From the NCBI RefSeq assembly GCF_006345805.1, contig NC_042998.1, positions 29,760,001-29,824,000 on the forward strand: DNA of 64,000 nt. Direction: 5' to 3'. This DNA comes from Octopus sinensis (Eukaryota). Both the position numbers and the translations under genes were made by a program. Positions 38,863 to 52,466 of this stretch are shown piece by piece. The notes under the pieces are model-generated. The model was not told where the DNA came from. It did no database searches and saw only the letters and a list, made by a program, of their open reading frames with translations. The stretch's first letter is position 1; each line of letters opens with the position of its first letter.

Positions 38863-39727
38863 ATGGTAAAAGATACCATAACCGATAAGACTCAAAGATG
38901 CTCGAATTGCACGATAGCATGTCCTAGTTTCCTTTATAAATGTGTCATTTACTTTCAATAATCAGCGGTGGTGGCATAAAAAAAGTTCTTAGTGAAACGA
39001 TATATAACTAACTGTAAATGGGAATTTTGAGCTTCTGTGATGTACAACCATTGAGAAAGCTAATTCACTTCACAATTTATACAAATGTTGGCTCCTCTTT
39101 GGAAACATAAAATATTGTTTGCGACATTAATATTTTAATTATATTTTGGTTGTGCTGATGTTTTTGCCCATAGTCATTAAAATAATATGGTTATTCTGGA
39201 GAACATAAATAATTGCGTTTGTTCTGCTTGTATATAAACTATTTGGGAAAAAAAGCATTATTCACCAACCATTAAGGCATTCACAGATAACATTAACTTT
39301 TGCAAGGAATAGACAGATCGGCAATTGTCTGAAAATTCTTTTATGGTTCATATATTTCATTAACAATATTCAGTCCGATGTTGAACATAGATTTAGCGTC
39401 CAGCTCTAATTATGTACGCATTAATATACCACATATCAAGGATCAAAAGAAACGCGTAAATACTGTCCGATACAATTTGCCGAAATATTCTCAAGTGTTA
39501 AATGACAAATCCGTTTATCGGATACGGATATTGAATGGAACATCTAAAAGTGAATTTTCTGACAAAATGACGCATTCAATGAGGTTTCTAGAATAAAATG
39601 GGATAAATTCTCGTTTTTATAAAACTAATAATTAATAACATTAATAGAAACTAAGAGTGAAGTTATTTTATGTCACGGAAGAAGTGGAACGCTATTATAA
39701 ATTTAATGTTTGATGTTTACAAATAAT

Positions 39728-39900
39728 CCTTTCTACTATAGGCATCAGGCCTGAAAATTTGGGGAAGGGGGTCAGTCGATCACATCGACCCCAGTACTTG
39801 ACTGGTACTTATTTTATCAACCCCGAAAGGATAAGAGGAAACGTCGACCTCGATGGAATTTGAACTTAGAACGTAGGTAAAGTCGGAAGAAATGCCAACG
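39728..39900 (-). mobile_element. SINE A variant with alternative tail, diverged
   Basis: ctttctactataggc...atcgaccccagtac...tttgaacttagaacg. Confidence 0.7.
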
Positions 39901-39921
39901 TTTAGAAATAATGTTTAAGAT

Positions 39922-40079
39922 TAGGCGCAAGAGTGGCTGTGTGGTAAGTAGCTTCCTTACCAACCACATGGTTCTGTATTCAGTCCCACTGCGTGGCACC
40001 TTGGGTAGGTGTCTTCTACTATAGCCTCGTGCCGACCAAATGAGCGAATTTGGTAGACGGAAACTAAAAGAAGCTTGTC

Positions 40080-40137
<58 letters not shown>

Positions 40138-40374
40138 ATGTGTGTGTGTGCTTGTATGTGTATGTATGTATGTTTGTGTTTGTCCCCCACCATCGCTTGA
40201 CAACCTATGCTGGTGTGTTTACGTCCCTGCAAACTAGCGGTTCTACAAAAGTGACAGATAGAATAGGTACTAGGCTTACCAAGAATAAGTCCTGGGGTCG
40301 ATTTGTTCGACTAAATGTGGTGCCCCAGCATGGCCACAGTCAAATGACTGAAACAAGTAAAAGAGTAAAAGAAT
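39922..40374 (+). mobile_element. SINE B
   Basis: Full length. Confidence 0.9.
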
Positions 40375-40974
40375 ACGTGTTTCTTTAAATTCGGTTGATT
40401 CATTTAATTAGACGTCAACTGGATGGTGCGCGTAATGCAACATCATCAATTTAATAAAAGGTCACTTTATATGTTCAAGTAAAATGGTAGAAATAACACA
40501 CGTAATTGAAACCAAACACTATTTTCATTGCATTATTTAGTCCGAGAAATAATGGTATTGTTAGATGTGTGTTTGGTCTCTCTAGCGGAGCCAAAGATCA
40601 ACAATATCTAGACAATATTCAAAGGCACTAATTCAATATCAAAACTTCTGTGTCGCACCCAACCCCAATTTATGATATATAAATATCAAGGAGCTTGAAC
40701 CTCACTTTTTGCTAACCTATAAACATACATACGTGTATATATATGTGCGTGTGTGTGTGTATATAAGACATTCAAATTATATACGTGTATGCAAATATAT
40801 ACGCATATATAATATATACTGTATGCAGTATATCTACAAAATATACATATGCATATATATTATATGTAACATATATATCATATGGGGAGAATTCACAAAA
40901 AATAAACAAAGGACGAAGGCATGTGGTGTAGACAACAAACAGATGTATTAGTATAACGCTCGGGAAGTGAAAAG

Positions 40975-41013
40975 GTCTTTAACGTTTCGAGCCTACGCTC
41001 TTCCACAGAAAGG
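40975..41013 (-). ncRNA. Hammerhead-like motif with CUGUGGA core (family F5, within a repeat at about 40884-41075)
   Basis: Minus strand: ccttt | CTGTGGA a | gagc gtag gctc | GAA | ACGT | T | aaag. Confidence 0.45.
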
Positions 41014-42048
41014 AACACAGAATGAAACAAGGAGAGAAAATAAGAAAATAAAGAATGTGTAGTGGCTAGCGATCTATCATATACATTGTGTGTTGGTGTT
41101 ATTTTAAGGCCGAGGACTATTTTTGTACAAACCGCAGTTAATACATACGAAGATGAGAAATGTATGAACACGTACACGAAGCTTACTTAGTTGAAAATTG
41201 AACTCGCTATGCGTTGAGATTTCAGTTCACGTAGAATTTTCCAGAAAGAAAGTCTGAAAATAATTATTTGTTACCTGATATATAATTATAATGGTGAGGT
41301 GACAAATTGCTGTTTCATTAAGAAGTTGATTTGCCTATGATTACACTTTAAGCCAAGTCTCACAGAATTGGGTGGAGTAAACTTTACAACCATTGGCTGA
41401 TGATATAATGTGAGATACTTATCCCAAGGAATAAGTAGTGAACAGTGCGTGGCACGCCACATCTTGAATAGTGTCTTGTGGTCGTACATTATTTGTTGTC
41501 ACAGTTCATAGTGGGTAAACTTGAGTTCAAACTCTCCGGGTCAGAGTTTTATGTAAACTTCTTCCCCAGTGTCATATGACCTGGCTCACTTAGAACATTT
41601 CCATCTCTGAAATGTATGTCATTGCCCTGAATTTGAATGATGTAGAATGTTGCTTGTTAGCGGGACTCATTCGGGCAGTTCTGAAATTGAAAGTCTTAGC
41701 AGGAACTATGGAATGACAGAATGCAGCCTGAAATCCAAAAAAAAGAACAAATTAATAAAGATTATAACAGAATTGAAATACTTTGATCAATCCTAATTAT
41801 ACTGACAATATACATTTTACTCTTTGCTGGAACATATACTGTGAGATGAAGACAATGTTGAATAGCTGAAATATGGACTACTTTTTAATGCAGTTTATTT
41901 CTATCCATTACAAGGTTATTTTGAGAATTATAAGACTATGAAATGCGTCATTTCTTTTGAAATTATTCTCGTTACTGTAAGATTTATTTCTTGAAATGCC
42001 ATAATCTTCAGGTAATACTAAATTACGTAGCCTTAAGAAGAAACTTAC

Positions 42049-42111
42049 TCGAAAACAATATTTGTCTTCCACCTGTTACCTCTTGTAACTTGACAGTTAC
42101 AGCATTATATG
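42049..42111 (-). CDS. Candidate small coding exon, product unknown
   Basis: Acceptor cacatttcag, donor gtaagt, 63 bp, one open frame YNAVTVKLQEVTGGRQILFS. No homology recognised. Confidence 0.2.
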
Positions 42112-42608
42112 CTGAAATGTGAATACTTTATACAACGAGCTACTTGCGATTGCCGCTGATAAAAATATTAGTTTGGTTCTCATCAGCATTCTCTTACGGC
42201 TATTTCACTGAAATTATTTAAAATTTTTCAAAAGAAAATCTCAAAAGCTTTTCTCTATTTCAACTAGAGAACGAATTCAAAACATGGTGCATTCTCAATA
42301 TTATTACGCAGAGTCACGTCAACGACTCTTTGAAATATCTCAAAGCATTGTACGCAAGCTTTATTTATTTTATCAAAGATTACTTTATATGAAATGAAAC
42401 CACAGTTCTAATGAAGGAAATACAGTAAGTGGCATGCTACAACGTTGATTCATAACAGTTATAAATATACAAAGTATGGGGGTTTAGTTCACAGGTAGTC
42501 TAACCGATTAGGTACTCTAAGTAAGTGCTGTAACGGATCACTGGGGCTCCAAAGTTATAGCCAAGATGATAGTTACGGAGCCATTGCAGATTTCCGAAGC
42601 AGCGGATA

Positions 42609-42762
42609 TATAACTGTTAAACAGGACGTCAAATATTAAGGTAAGGCAAATATCTCAAGTCATATGTATTAATATTATAGGAATTTCTTTCTATAATAAT
42701 ATTGTATATGACTTGAGATGTTTGCTTTGTCTTAATGTTCGACGTCCTGTTTAACAGTTATA
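42609..42762. repeat. About 154-bp imperfect palindrome (MITE-like hairpin)
   Basis: tataactgttaaacaggacgtc pairs with gacgtcctgtttaacagttata; arms about 75 bp. Confidence 0.85.
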
Positions 42763-43483
42763 AATATATGTAGGTCCAACACTGAGTGCCAGACTTAGAA
42801 CGATTGCCTTGACAACGGTTGACGCAAATATGCGATCACACTTTCGCTTGCTTACCCGCGGTTAACGTAAATATACGATGTAGAGCTGCCCTACATCTAT
42901 CACGGACTTTTTAGCGGCTGACGTATGATTACGTTCACTATCGCATATTTTATCTCTTGAGGTACGCGCGCTCACCGTCCCGTGCATTATCTTAGCTATT
43001 TAGGGTTACTTTCAAGTCATGAGACTAGCAGTTGACCAATGACATGCGGATACTTTACATGCATAATACCGTGTTTTGAGTTGTACCACACGCAAGCTAT
43101 TTTCTGAACTTGAGCAGAATAACTCGTGCATATCATATTATGATGAATAGCTTCACATAGTTCGTTTTCATAAACTGGCAGACGTAAATGTACGACGCTA
43201 TGTTATTGTAACGGTGAACGTAAATAGATGCTAGCTCGTTGGCACTTGTGTGATTGTGTGGCCTCAGATAAAAAAAAAAGCCGGAGCAGTGTCTCGCAAG
43301 CTTCGGGTAATACCAGCGTCAAGGGGTTAACACACAATAATCTGACACCTTGTGTGCCCATAGCAGAGTGAACATTGGGCAAGCATTGGCTTCAGAAACC
43401 TGTTTGAGGATAACTTACCTCTCTGTCGAACCAGTCTCAGCGAATTTGGCACGGGCATACATATTGCAATCCCTCCTAGATAA

Positions 43484-43522
<39 letters not shown>

Positions 43523-43539
43523 ATAATATATGTATATGT

Positions 43540-43914
43540 GGAGGCGCAATGGCCCAGTGGTTAGGGCAGCAGACTCGCAGTCGTTGGATCGCGGTTTCGA
43601 TTCCCAGACCGGGCGTTGTGAGTGTTTATTGAGCGAAAACACCTAAAGCTCCACGAGGCTCCGGCAGGGGATGGTGGTGATCCCTGCTGTACTCTTTCAT
43701 CACAACTTTCTCTCACTCTTACTTCCTGTTTCTGTTGTACCTGTATTTCAAAGGGCCGGCCTTGTCACTCTCTTTGTCACGCTGAATATCCCCGAGAACT
43801 ACGTTAAGAGTACACGTGTCTGTGGAGTGCTCAGCCACTTGCACGTTAATTTTACGAGCAGGCTGTTGATCGGATCAACCGGAACCCTCGTCGTCGTAAC
43901 CGACGGAGTGCTTC
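43540..43914 (+). mobile_element. SINE C, full length
   Basis: TSD cataatatatgtatatgt (43522-43539 and 43915-43932). Confidence 0.92.
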
Positions 43915-45361
43915 CATAATATATGTATATGTAAATACACATATATATCACTTAATTTAAATATCTAATTTCCAGTCAAACGCGCTAACAAGCATTTTAA
44001 ATATTGCAACTAAAATTGCATTTATAATTTTGATACAACCAAACTGTACTATTCACATTGCTTTCGCTCCATTGTTTTAGCAAATCTGTGACTTTTTAAA
44101 AAATTGAATCTACGGAGATAAACCATTAGCACTCGATTTTGCACCATGATGTCTGCGTTAAATCTTTCGATATTTTTTTTACTTAATCTAAGTTAAAGAA
44201 ACTTATACTTTGTCAACTTCTTATTTCTCTTCCATCCACGTATCACGCCCCCTCCATTGACTTACACACTACCGACATCGTTACTACGACAAGCAATTAT
44301 AGATCTCAGTACATCAGACACACGCATAAACATACGTATTTCTCTTTGCATATGTATATACGTATTTGCGCGCGCGCACGTGTATTTGTGTCTACGTGAG
44401 TGATTATTTATCTAGTTTTTATTGTTTGTGTTTTTTTTTATCTACTTGTCACCCAACTAATACGTTAACACAGACTGGAGTTGTTTATTTGGTTTTCACT
44501 TACCTTCTTTGAGTCTGCAGTCAGTGAGTTATTTTCTTCCAATAGTTGTCATCTCTACTAATGCAGACATGACACGTTTTCAAATCTTTAGACGGCCTCA
44601 TGGTTCGTTTTATATTTTCACCTGTCTTGCGTTTATTCCCGTGCTTCTACTTATCGTTGGTAACTGAGTTATATTTCAATCTCTGAAAGTGCCATTTTTG
44701 AGTGTGCCTGTCGCCGTTTTCTGTTGCTTGCCTATTTCTAGGTGTGTGTATTGATTCATATTTCTGGGACAAATTTAATGCTTACGACCTCCAATAATTA
44801 AACCCCAGAAATGGAACATGATTAAATAAGTGACTCCAAAGATAGTAGATCAGAAAATTTGTAACTAACGCATTGAAGAAAAGACAATAAATTCTATCAT
44901 TAATATTATAATAAACAGATATATAAGAGCAGACATGACTGCGTAGTAAGAAGTTTGCTTCCCAAACATATGGCTTCGGTTTCGGCCCCCACTGCGTGGA
45001 CCATTGAGTAACTGTCTTCTACTATAACCACTATACACTAGGCCTGTCAATTCTTTGTGAGTGCATTTGGTAGAAAGAAGCCCATCGCGAATATACATAC
45101 CTTTATATATATATGTATATATCAAATGAAACAAAAAACAGAACACAAAGGATATCGCGGTACATTCACTCTATGTTGACTGATGATAAAGTATGGACGG
45201 ATTTTCGAAGACCAATGATACCCTACACACCTATTTGATTATGAAGATTTACAAACATACTTTCTCAGTGAAACTCAATACACCCACCATTATAAATAAT
45301 ACCAAATATACCTTTTCGGATTTTTCATAATGTGATGCAAGTCTTTGGTATAGCAATTGCA

Positions 45362-45460
45362 TGCGGCTGAAGAGAGCTTTAAATCATCTGTTATGTCGAT
45401 TATACATTGAATAGGTTGTTTTATAGGTTGTTTTATAAAGCTTGAAACACGTGTACCGCG
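45362..45460 (+). ncRNA. Type I hammerhead candidate with canonical core and long loop II (family F6)
   Basis: tgcgg | CTGAAGA | gagcttta...(about 54 nt)...taaagctt | GAA | ACACGTGT | A | ccgcg. Confidence 0.65.
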
Positions 45461-45580
45461 ATATCCTTTGTGTTCTGTTTTTTTTATTTCATTTGATGCA
45501 TATACCCTCTCACCTCTGCTTCTAGCTGGCATATGTAGGTGCTAACACTTATGAAGTATTCACCCTGAATTTATTATATA

Positions 45581-45619
<39 letters not shown>

Positions 45620-45983
45620 TATGTGAGCAGAGGACGTCATGAAACGTGTACAGCAAAAAAGTGCGAAGCACAAGTACATAGAACATGAACTGTTCTTTCA
45701 AGCAACGAAAGACACAAATGGAAAAAAACCCACAAAAACATAAAGAACGACAATTCATCAGTTGTTCGCTGTTTTTCTAGTCTCGTATTTCGAGCATTTA
45801 ACAACAATATACGCTTTCGATAAAACAGTTGCTCCCGCAATGCAAATTAAATAAAATTTGGAATTTTGCGGAGTGTCAAAATAGGTAACACAAACAGAAC
45901 AGTGAAAACAAACAGGAAGGTCTGCTAAGCCTAAAAGAGGCTGTATATATATATATATATATATATATACATAATAAATGTGC

Positions 45984-46227
45984 CCTTTTAAAAGCCTAGC
46001 CAGGCTCATGGGCCCGGTTTCCCGGTTTCTATGGCGTATGTGTTCCCCAGCTGGACGGGACGCCAGTCCATCGCAGCGTTACTCACTTTTGCCAGCTGAG
46101 TGAACTGGAGCAACGTGAAATGAACTGTATTGCTCAAGAACACAACGCGTCGCCCGGTCCAGGAATCGAAACCACAATCCTACGATCGTGATACTGACGC
46201 CCTAACCACTAAGCCACGCGCCTCCAC
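45984..46227 (-). mobile_element. SINE D, full length
   Basis: Reverse complement of head gtggaggcgcgtggcttagtggttagg; body matches the 18595 copy. Confidence 0.9.
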
Positions 46228-46254
46228 ACACCACACACACACACACACACACAT

Positions 46255-46320
<66 letters not shown>

Positions 46321-46321
<1 letters not shown>

Positions 46322-46437
46322 GCCTGCTCGCTTAGCCAGCGGGGTGGCGTCATTCGAGGCTAAAACAATGCGAACGCATTGTGACCAGCGATGTGTAACA
46401 GCATCTGATGGTCTGGTCTGTCACGTGATCACGTGAT
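46321..46437 (+). repeat. Orphan 3'-tail module (also at 55166-55290 and 62098-62203)
   Basis: gcttagccagcggggtggcgtc...gcatctgatggtctgg...cacgtgatcacgtgat. Confidence 0.8.
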
Positions 46438-47218
46438 ATATATATATGTGTGTGTGTGTGTATATACATATAACGGGCTTCTTACAGTTTCCGATAGAAT
46501 AGGTATTAAGATTTAAAAATAATAAATACTTGTGTCATATTGTCGATCGCCGTGCCCCAGCATGGCCGCAGTGTAATGACTGAAACGAATAAAATATAAA
46601 AGTGAACTACACAAAATATCAATATTTAATCAGATATATACAAATATTAAACAGGCGATCCAGATTGATTACGTCCGATAATCAAAACTATTAAAAGTTA
46701 AATCGATTATCTTTCTTGATGGATTAACAAATGAGAAAATATTATCTAAAAATCGCTCTACTCTACTCACGCCTCGACTACGTTTTCTTCCATATATTCG
46801 CATTCATTTTCAGTTATTGATTCGACCTATATTTCAGCATTTGTAGACTGACTTTGTAATATGCATTTTTTCATGTATACTTATATGCATAGCGATATAT
46901 CTTTGCATATATATACGCATATAAAAATATGAATATATACGTGTGTGTGTGAGAGAGAGAGAGTGAATGTAAGATTGGAAATATATATGAATAAGTGGAT
47001 GAATACACATAACATTCGATTTTCTTAAATGCTCTGTTTTGGTTAAGTATGAGCAGAAGGCCTTCAGCTTTGATTCTGTCTGCTTCGCTCACTTAGCTTG
47101 CAAATTTCGCAATTATGATATCGAGAAATTTGATTTTAGGATAAGTTATCTTGACTATTTCGTTTTTGGATGTGGTTTGCAAGATTCTTTATATGAGTTC
47201 GTGTGTTGAAGCATGTTC

Positions 47219-47388
47219 TGTTGTGTCTGGGGAGAGTCATTTTCTTTTTGTGCCTTATAATTGAAAAGGTTGCAAAGACACAACGCAAATTCTAGGAAAA
47301 TAAAAATAAGAAATATGTGGAAATTTTACCGGTGAGTGTGTTACATTATAAGGCAGAAAAAAGAAAATGACTCTCCCCAGACACAACA
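47219..47388. repeat. 43-bp inverted repeat (47219-47261 and 47345-47388), probable deleted foldback MITE
   Basis: tgttgtgtctggggagagtcattttc pairs with gaaaatgactctccccagacacaaca. Confidence 0.8.
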
Positions 47389-47941
47389 TAATTATCTTGA
47401 CCAGATTTATTCTTAATTGTTTTTAATACCATATTCAGTCTGTCTATAAGAAATCCTTATAAGAAATTACGTGAAAGCAAACGTCTTGTTTTCTTATATA
47501 CTTATCTCCAAATAAAAACAAATTCTTTCAAAATTACCTATCAATTAGCTATTAAATTACTTTACCACACTGTCTAATTTTATTTTCTGTTTATAATTTC
47601 ATTGATGGTCTTGTATTTATTCCCTTAAAATTAATATATTAATTATGTTATTCTGTGTAAATACATTTTCTCAATACCTCTTTATAATCTTCCTAATTAT
47701 ACAAAAAATGTTTTCTGTTGAACCAAGTAACATGAATTGTTATTAAATATTCAGATTGTACACGCGAGCTTTAGATACCGAATGTATTATTTTGCTTCAT
47801 ATTTGATTACCCCTGACAACTTTGTTACCATAAATATTCTGTTATTTATCGCAAATGTTTCTTATCTATTTATTTAAGCGTATGTTAGCTTCTTACGATA
47901 AAAACAAATAAATAATAACGTATCATTCATTTTTATATGTA

Positions 47942-48591
47942 CGAGGTACGTCCAAAAAGTATCCGTTTATATTTTTTCTCGCCCAAATTAATGTCACGTG
48001 GGTAAAACCCTTTAGATGAGAGGTGATATCACCCTTCCTGAGCATGCTAGAAATGTTTGCGCCGGCAAACATTAGCACACCAGGCGAAATACTTAGCGGT
48101 ATTTCGTCTGCCGTTACGTTCTGAGTTCAAATTTCGCCGAGGTCGACTTTGCCTTTCATCCTTTCGGTTGCGTACCAGTTGCATACTGGCGTCGATGTAA
48201 TCGACTTAATCCCTTTGTCTGACCATGTTTGTCCCCCTCTCGGCTTATCCCCTTGTGGGCAACAAAGAAATAAGAAATGTTTGCGCCGGTAGGCCTCGTC
48301 AGCTCCCGTCTGTTATGCCTTCTGAATCTCTGGATTATTTGTATTTGATTATTACCAAGCTTCTGAAATATTTCTGCTCGATGCGTTTGATGAAAACGAA
48401 AACTTGAAAATCGTACACAACACGTGTCTGTACAGTAGTGTAACGGCCGACGACTGACGCAGCCGACCGGCGCCAACATTCTCAGGTCCCGTGAAGGAAT
48501 GGCAGCCTCACCTCGCACTCAAAGGATTTTGTGCACGCGGCATTAGAGTTGACGGGAAAAAAATACTTTGAATATTTTTGAACGCATCTTG
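47942..48591. mobile_element. Mariner-like non-autonomous element containing a SINE A
   Basis: ta|cgaggtacgtccaaaaagtatc and gaatatttttgaacgcatcttg|ta form imperfect TIRs. Confidence 0.55.
48066..48272 (+). mobile_element. SINE A, 5'-truncated
   Basis: 17-bp TSD agaaatgtttgcgccgg (48049-48065 and 48273-48289). Confidence 0.92.
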
Positions 48592-49081
48592 TAGAATTGT
48601 ATTGTTAAGTAATGTAATCTTAATATATACAGATTTGTCCCAATGTCACATGACAATAAATGAAAACCCATTTAATTCCAAGCTTCTTAAAACAAAAAAA
48701 AATTATTTGATATGAGATTTCGGTAATAGAGAAATTTTTAAAAAACGGTGATTTTAACTCACAACATTCAATTAATAAACTTTCATATTGGAATGAATAA
48801 AAATAATTGAATATTAAGTAATGATGGTATTTTGATTTACTGTCGGGTAACTTTTGGCCAAACGTGTACATTAGACTTCATTGTTTCTTTTACTTTGAGA
48901 ATGCCTTCTCCGAAATGCATGCATCCGTCACTTCTGGTTAAAAAGGCATTCGACTGCTTTTGTGTGTTTACACCCATTTGTCTACAGTGTGAATGGTTTT
49001 CTTACGGGCATGTTCGAACTGGTAGCAAGTTTGTATCTATACACACCATTGCTTAGCGATTCTATACCACATTCTCTCTCT

Positions 49082-49121
<40 letters not shown>

Positions 49122-49479
49122 GTATATATATATTGGAAAACCTATATTTGAAAATGCAAATCAGGTAAACAGATTCCCGAACGCATAAATGAAGATATTC
49201 AATCAATGTAATTGAATCCTATATACTTATGCACATCAACATAAATAATGCACGTACAGGCGTAAAGATTCTCCAAAGGTATAAAAGATAAAACCAAAGA
49301 TAGATAAAAAATATAGAAGAAATATAAAAGTATATAAAAATACATATAAAATCAGATATAAATAAAGATTACATGTAAAGTGATATGCGTTATAAATATA
49401 GGCGGTGCAAAACAAATTAGCGGTTGATCAATGTAGGAATAAAGACTTCAACCTTCAAAATGGCAAACCGCCTAAATCG

Positions 49480-49481
49480 TC

Positions 49482-49515
<34 letters not shown>

Positions 49516-49591
49516 GGGGAGAGGGAGAGAGAGAGGGAGAGAGAGAGGGAGAGAGAGAGGGGGAAAGAGATTAGGAGGGAGAGAGGGAGAC

Positions 49592-49655
<64 letters not shown>
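49480..49655. repeat. (GA)n microsatellite
   Basis: Directly visible. Confidence 0.97.
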
Positions 49656-49658
<3 letters not shown>

Positions 49659-49734
49659 CTAAATATCGTGTTGCAGTTCATAAATCTCCTTAAATTTGCG
49701 ATACGGAACCTTCAAAAAGTTAGCTTTAATCGTC

Positions 49735-50108
49735 TCTGCTCTAGGCACAAAGCCCGAAAATTTGGGGGAAGATTAGATCGACCCCAGTACGCAACTGGTA
49801 CTTACTTTTATCGATCCCGAAAGTCGACAACGGCGGAATTTGAACTCAGGACTTAAAGACAGACAAAAGACAGTTAAGCATTTCGCCCGACATGCTAAGA
49901 TTTCTTATTTCTCTATTGCCCTCAAGGGGCTAAACATATAAAGGACAAACAAGGACAGGCAAAGGGATTAACTCGATTAATTTATCGACCCCGAAAGGAT
50001 GAAAGGCAAAGTCAACCTCGGCGGAATTTGAACTCAGAACGTAAAGACAGACGAAATACTGCTAAGCATTTTGCCCGGCATTCTAACATTTCTGCTAGCT
50101 CGCCGTCT
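49735..50108 (-). mobile_element. Two tandem SINE A-type copies
   Basis: Two tttgaactcag cores (about 49840 and 50030) with different tails. Confidence 0.8.
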
Positions 50109-50267
50109 TAAAAAACGTTAGCTTTAATAATGCCCATGAAATTAGCAGTGTTAAGTAAGGTTAGTCTTATTTAAATAATAGACAAAATTCTGCATAACGC
50201 ATCTATAATTTTTCCATTGCTAACTCTTTGTTATGGAGTCATTTAAATCTCCAGAGTGATAACATAC

Positions 50268-50372
50268 TTTTTGTACAAACATCTTTCAATACGGAAAGAC
50301 ATAATTCTTAATTCAAATAGTAAATATTCATCTGTGAGTTCATTAATTTCAGCAGAATCATTCACTCTGCTA
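50268..50372 (-). CDS. Candidate coding exon, product unknown
   Basis: Branch-like cttaac, tract attttctttcttgtcag, donor gtatgt; 105 bp, open frame SRVNDSAEINELTDEYLLFELRIMSFRIERCLYK. Confidence 0.3.
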
Positions 50373-50726
50373 CTGACAAGAAAGAAAATGTTAAGTTACT
50401 TTTATTATCTAAATATTATTTTATCTTAATTCATTTATTTCTGAGCACTTGTTGAGTAATTTCAGAACGTGAATGTTAGCAAATAATCAAAAGAAATTAT
50501 TTCATTATGAATTAATAGTGTTCTTGTTTGGTGAAATAAATGCTGTAATATTTTATCTCAGTACTTGTGATAATTTATATCTATTTTATTATCGGCTATA
50601 CCATCTCTGTAATTGTGATATTTTCTTAGATTTAGATATGATTGTGTCGAATAATGGCGTCACTTAGATTATAAACAATTTAGGTTCAGCTTTCCATTAC
50701 TATCTTAAATATAACATATGGCTATT

Positions 50727-51141
50727 CGCGGCGAGAGTGGCAGAAACGTTAGCACGCAGGGCGAAATGCGTAGCCGTACTTCGTCTGCCGTTATGTTCTG
50801 AGTTCAAATTTCACCGAGGTCAACTTTGCCTTTCATCCTTTCGGGGTCGATAAATTAAGTACCAGTTACGCACTGGGGTCGATGTAAACGACTTAATCCG
50901 TTTGTCTGTCCTTGTTTGTCTCCTCTGTGTTTAGCTCCTTGTGGGTAGTAAAGAAACATGTATTTCGTCTGTCTTTACGTTCTGAGTTCAAATTCCGCCG
51001 AGGTTGACTTTGCCTTTCATCCTTTCAGGGTCGATAAATAAAGTACCAGTTGCGTACTGGGGTCGATATAATCGACTTAATCCGTTTGTCTATCCTTGTT
51101 TGTCCTCTCTGTGTTTATCCCTTTGTGGGTAGCAAAGAAAT
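50727..51141 (+). mobile_element. SINE A dimer (head plus two 184-bp bodies)
   Basis: Units at 50775 and 50959; perfect 18-bp TSD atataacatatggctatt. Confidence 0.93.
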
Positions 51142-52344
51142 ATATAACATATGGCTATTGGAGGGTGAATAGTGAATTCCAATTTTCAAATCATGGTCAT
51201 GTATAATTTGTCGGCCATCTGTATTAGTCCTAGTTTGAATATTTGTATCTGTTTTCTCATAATGTCATGTGATAAGTGTCGTTAGGAATCCATGTTAAGT
51301 AGTTTTATCGACTATTTATAGATTTGTGCAGCAGCTTACTTTCTGGTAGTTTGTTACTGGATGTAGTCTGAATGTTACTGGTTATTTTTATGGATTATAT
51401 TTTTTCTTAATGTAAATAGTACATTAAATGTTAAAAGTAGCTTGTTTAGCGATGCGAATTATTTATATTAAAATTTTAAAAGACAAGTGAAATTGCGTTG
51501 ATTTGCTGTGTATCGAAAAAAGAATCATGCAAGCGTAGTATTTTGATCAACGTTTGAAAACATTTCCGCAATGTTCAAACGCATTCTAATTAAAAAGTTA
51601 AAATTGCAAATTCGTTACAATTTCTCTGAACAAATAACTGCTAATCAGCATTCTGCAAATTGTATTTTTTATTCAAATGTTGGTGTAACTAGACATAACC
51701 AAACCAGCTCAATATTAGGCTCCATTCTATTGAGCCTTTAACTACATTCTTAATTTATTGAAACAGGTATGTGATATACTCACGGAAACGTTGCTATTTA
51801 CCAAAAATATATCCAAATTGTGTAAATGCAAAGCAGACTATTTCTTGAAAACCCTAAAGTAAGATGTATTTTCCTCGGAAAACATTAGGTTTAAAACTCG
51901 TGCTATGGGAAGAAATGCTTCCAAAATCAAATATCAAATGAAGCAAACTAAATAAAGTTCTCAGGTAAAATTACCCCTCAGTCTACAAAAAACTTACATG
52001 GTCACAGGGTTATGAAATTTACTTTGCAACCGCATGGCTTCATGTGCAGTCTCAATGTCCTGAAGCCCGCCGTATGTGTGTGTCTACTTGACGACCGGTG
52101 ATGGTTCGTTTACGTCCCCCTAACTTATCGACTCGACGAAAGAATTCCCCAGCAGAGTAGCTACTAGACTTAGAAAATGAGTACTGGAGTCGAATCTGTT
52201 CGACTGACTATAAAGCCCCTTAAACTCCTTTAAGCCGGTGACCCAGTATGACCGCAACCCAGTGACTGAAACAAGTTACAGGTTAAATATCAAATAATAA
52301 TTCAAAATATATATAAATTAACAGCATAACTAACCACAGATTCC

Positions 52345-52466
52345 TAGATGCAGGGTTGGGTTCAAAATTCCACCAGGGCACCTGATGAAGACTGTAGAGT
52401 AAACTAGCCGAAGCGTTGTGGTAACAACAAACAAGATGACACACATCCGTTCAATGTAAATCATGT
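52345..52466 (+). ncRNA. F1 hammerhead-bearing repeat, degenerate
   Basis: ggcac CTGATGA (52382-52388) ... ccgaagcgttgtgg, followed by the F1 tail aacaacaaacaagatga. Confidence 0.5.
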
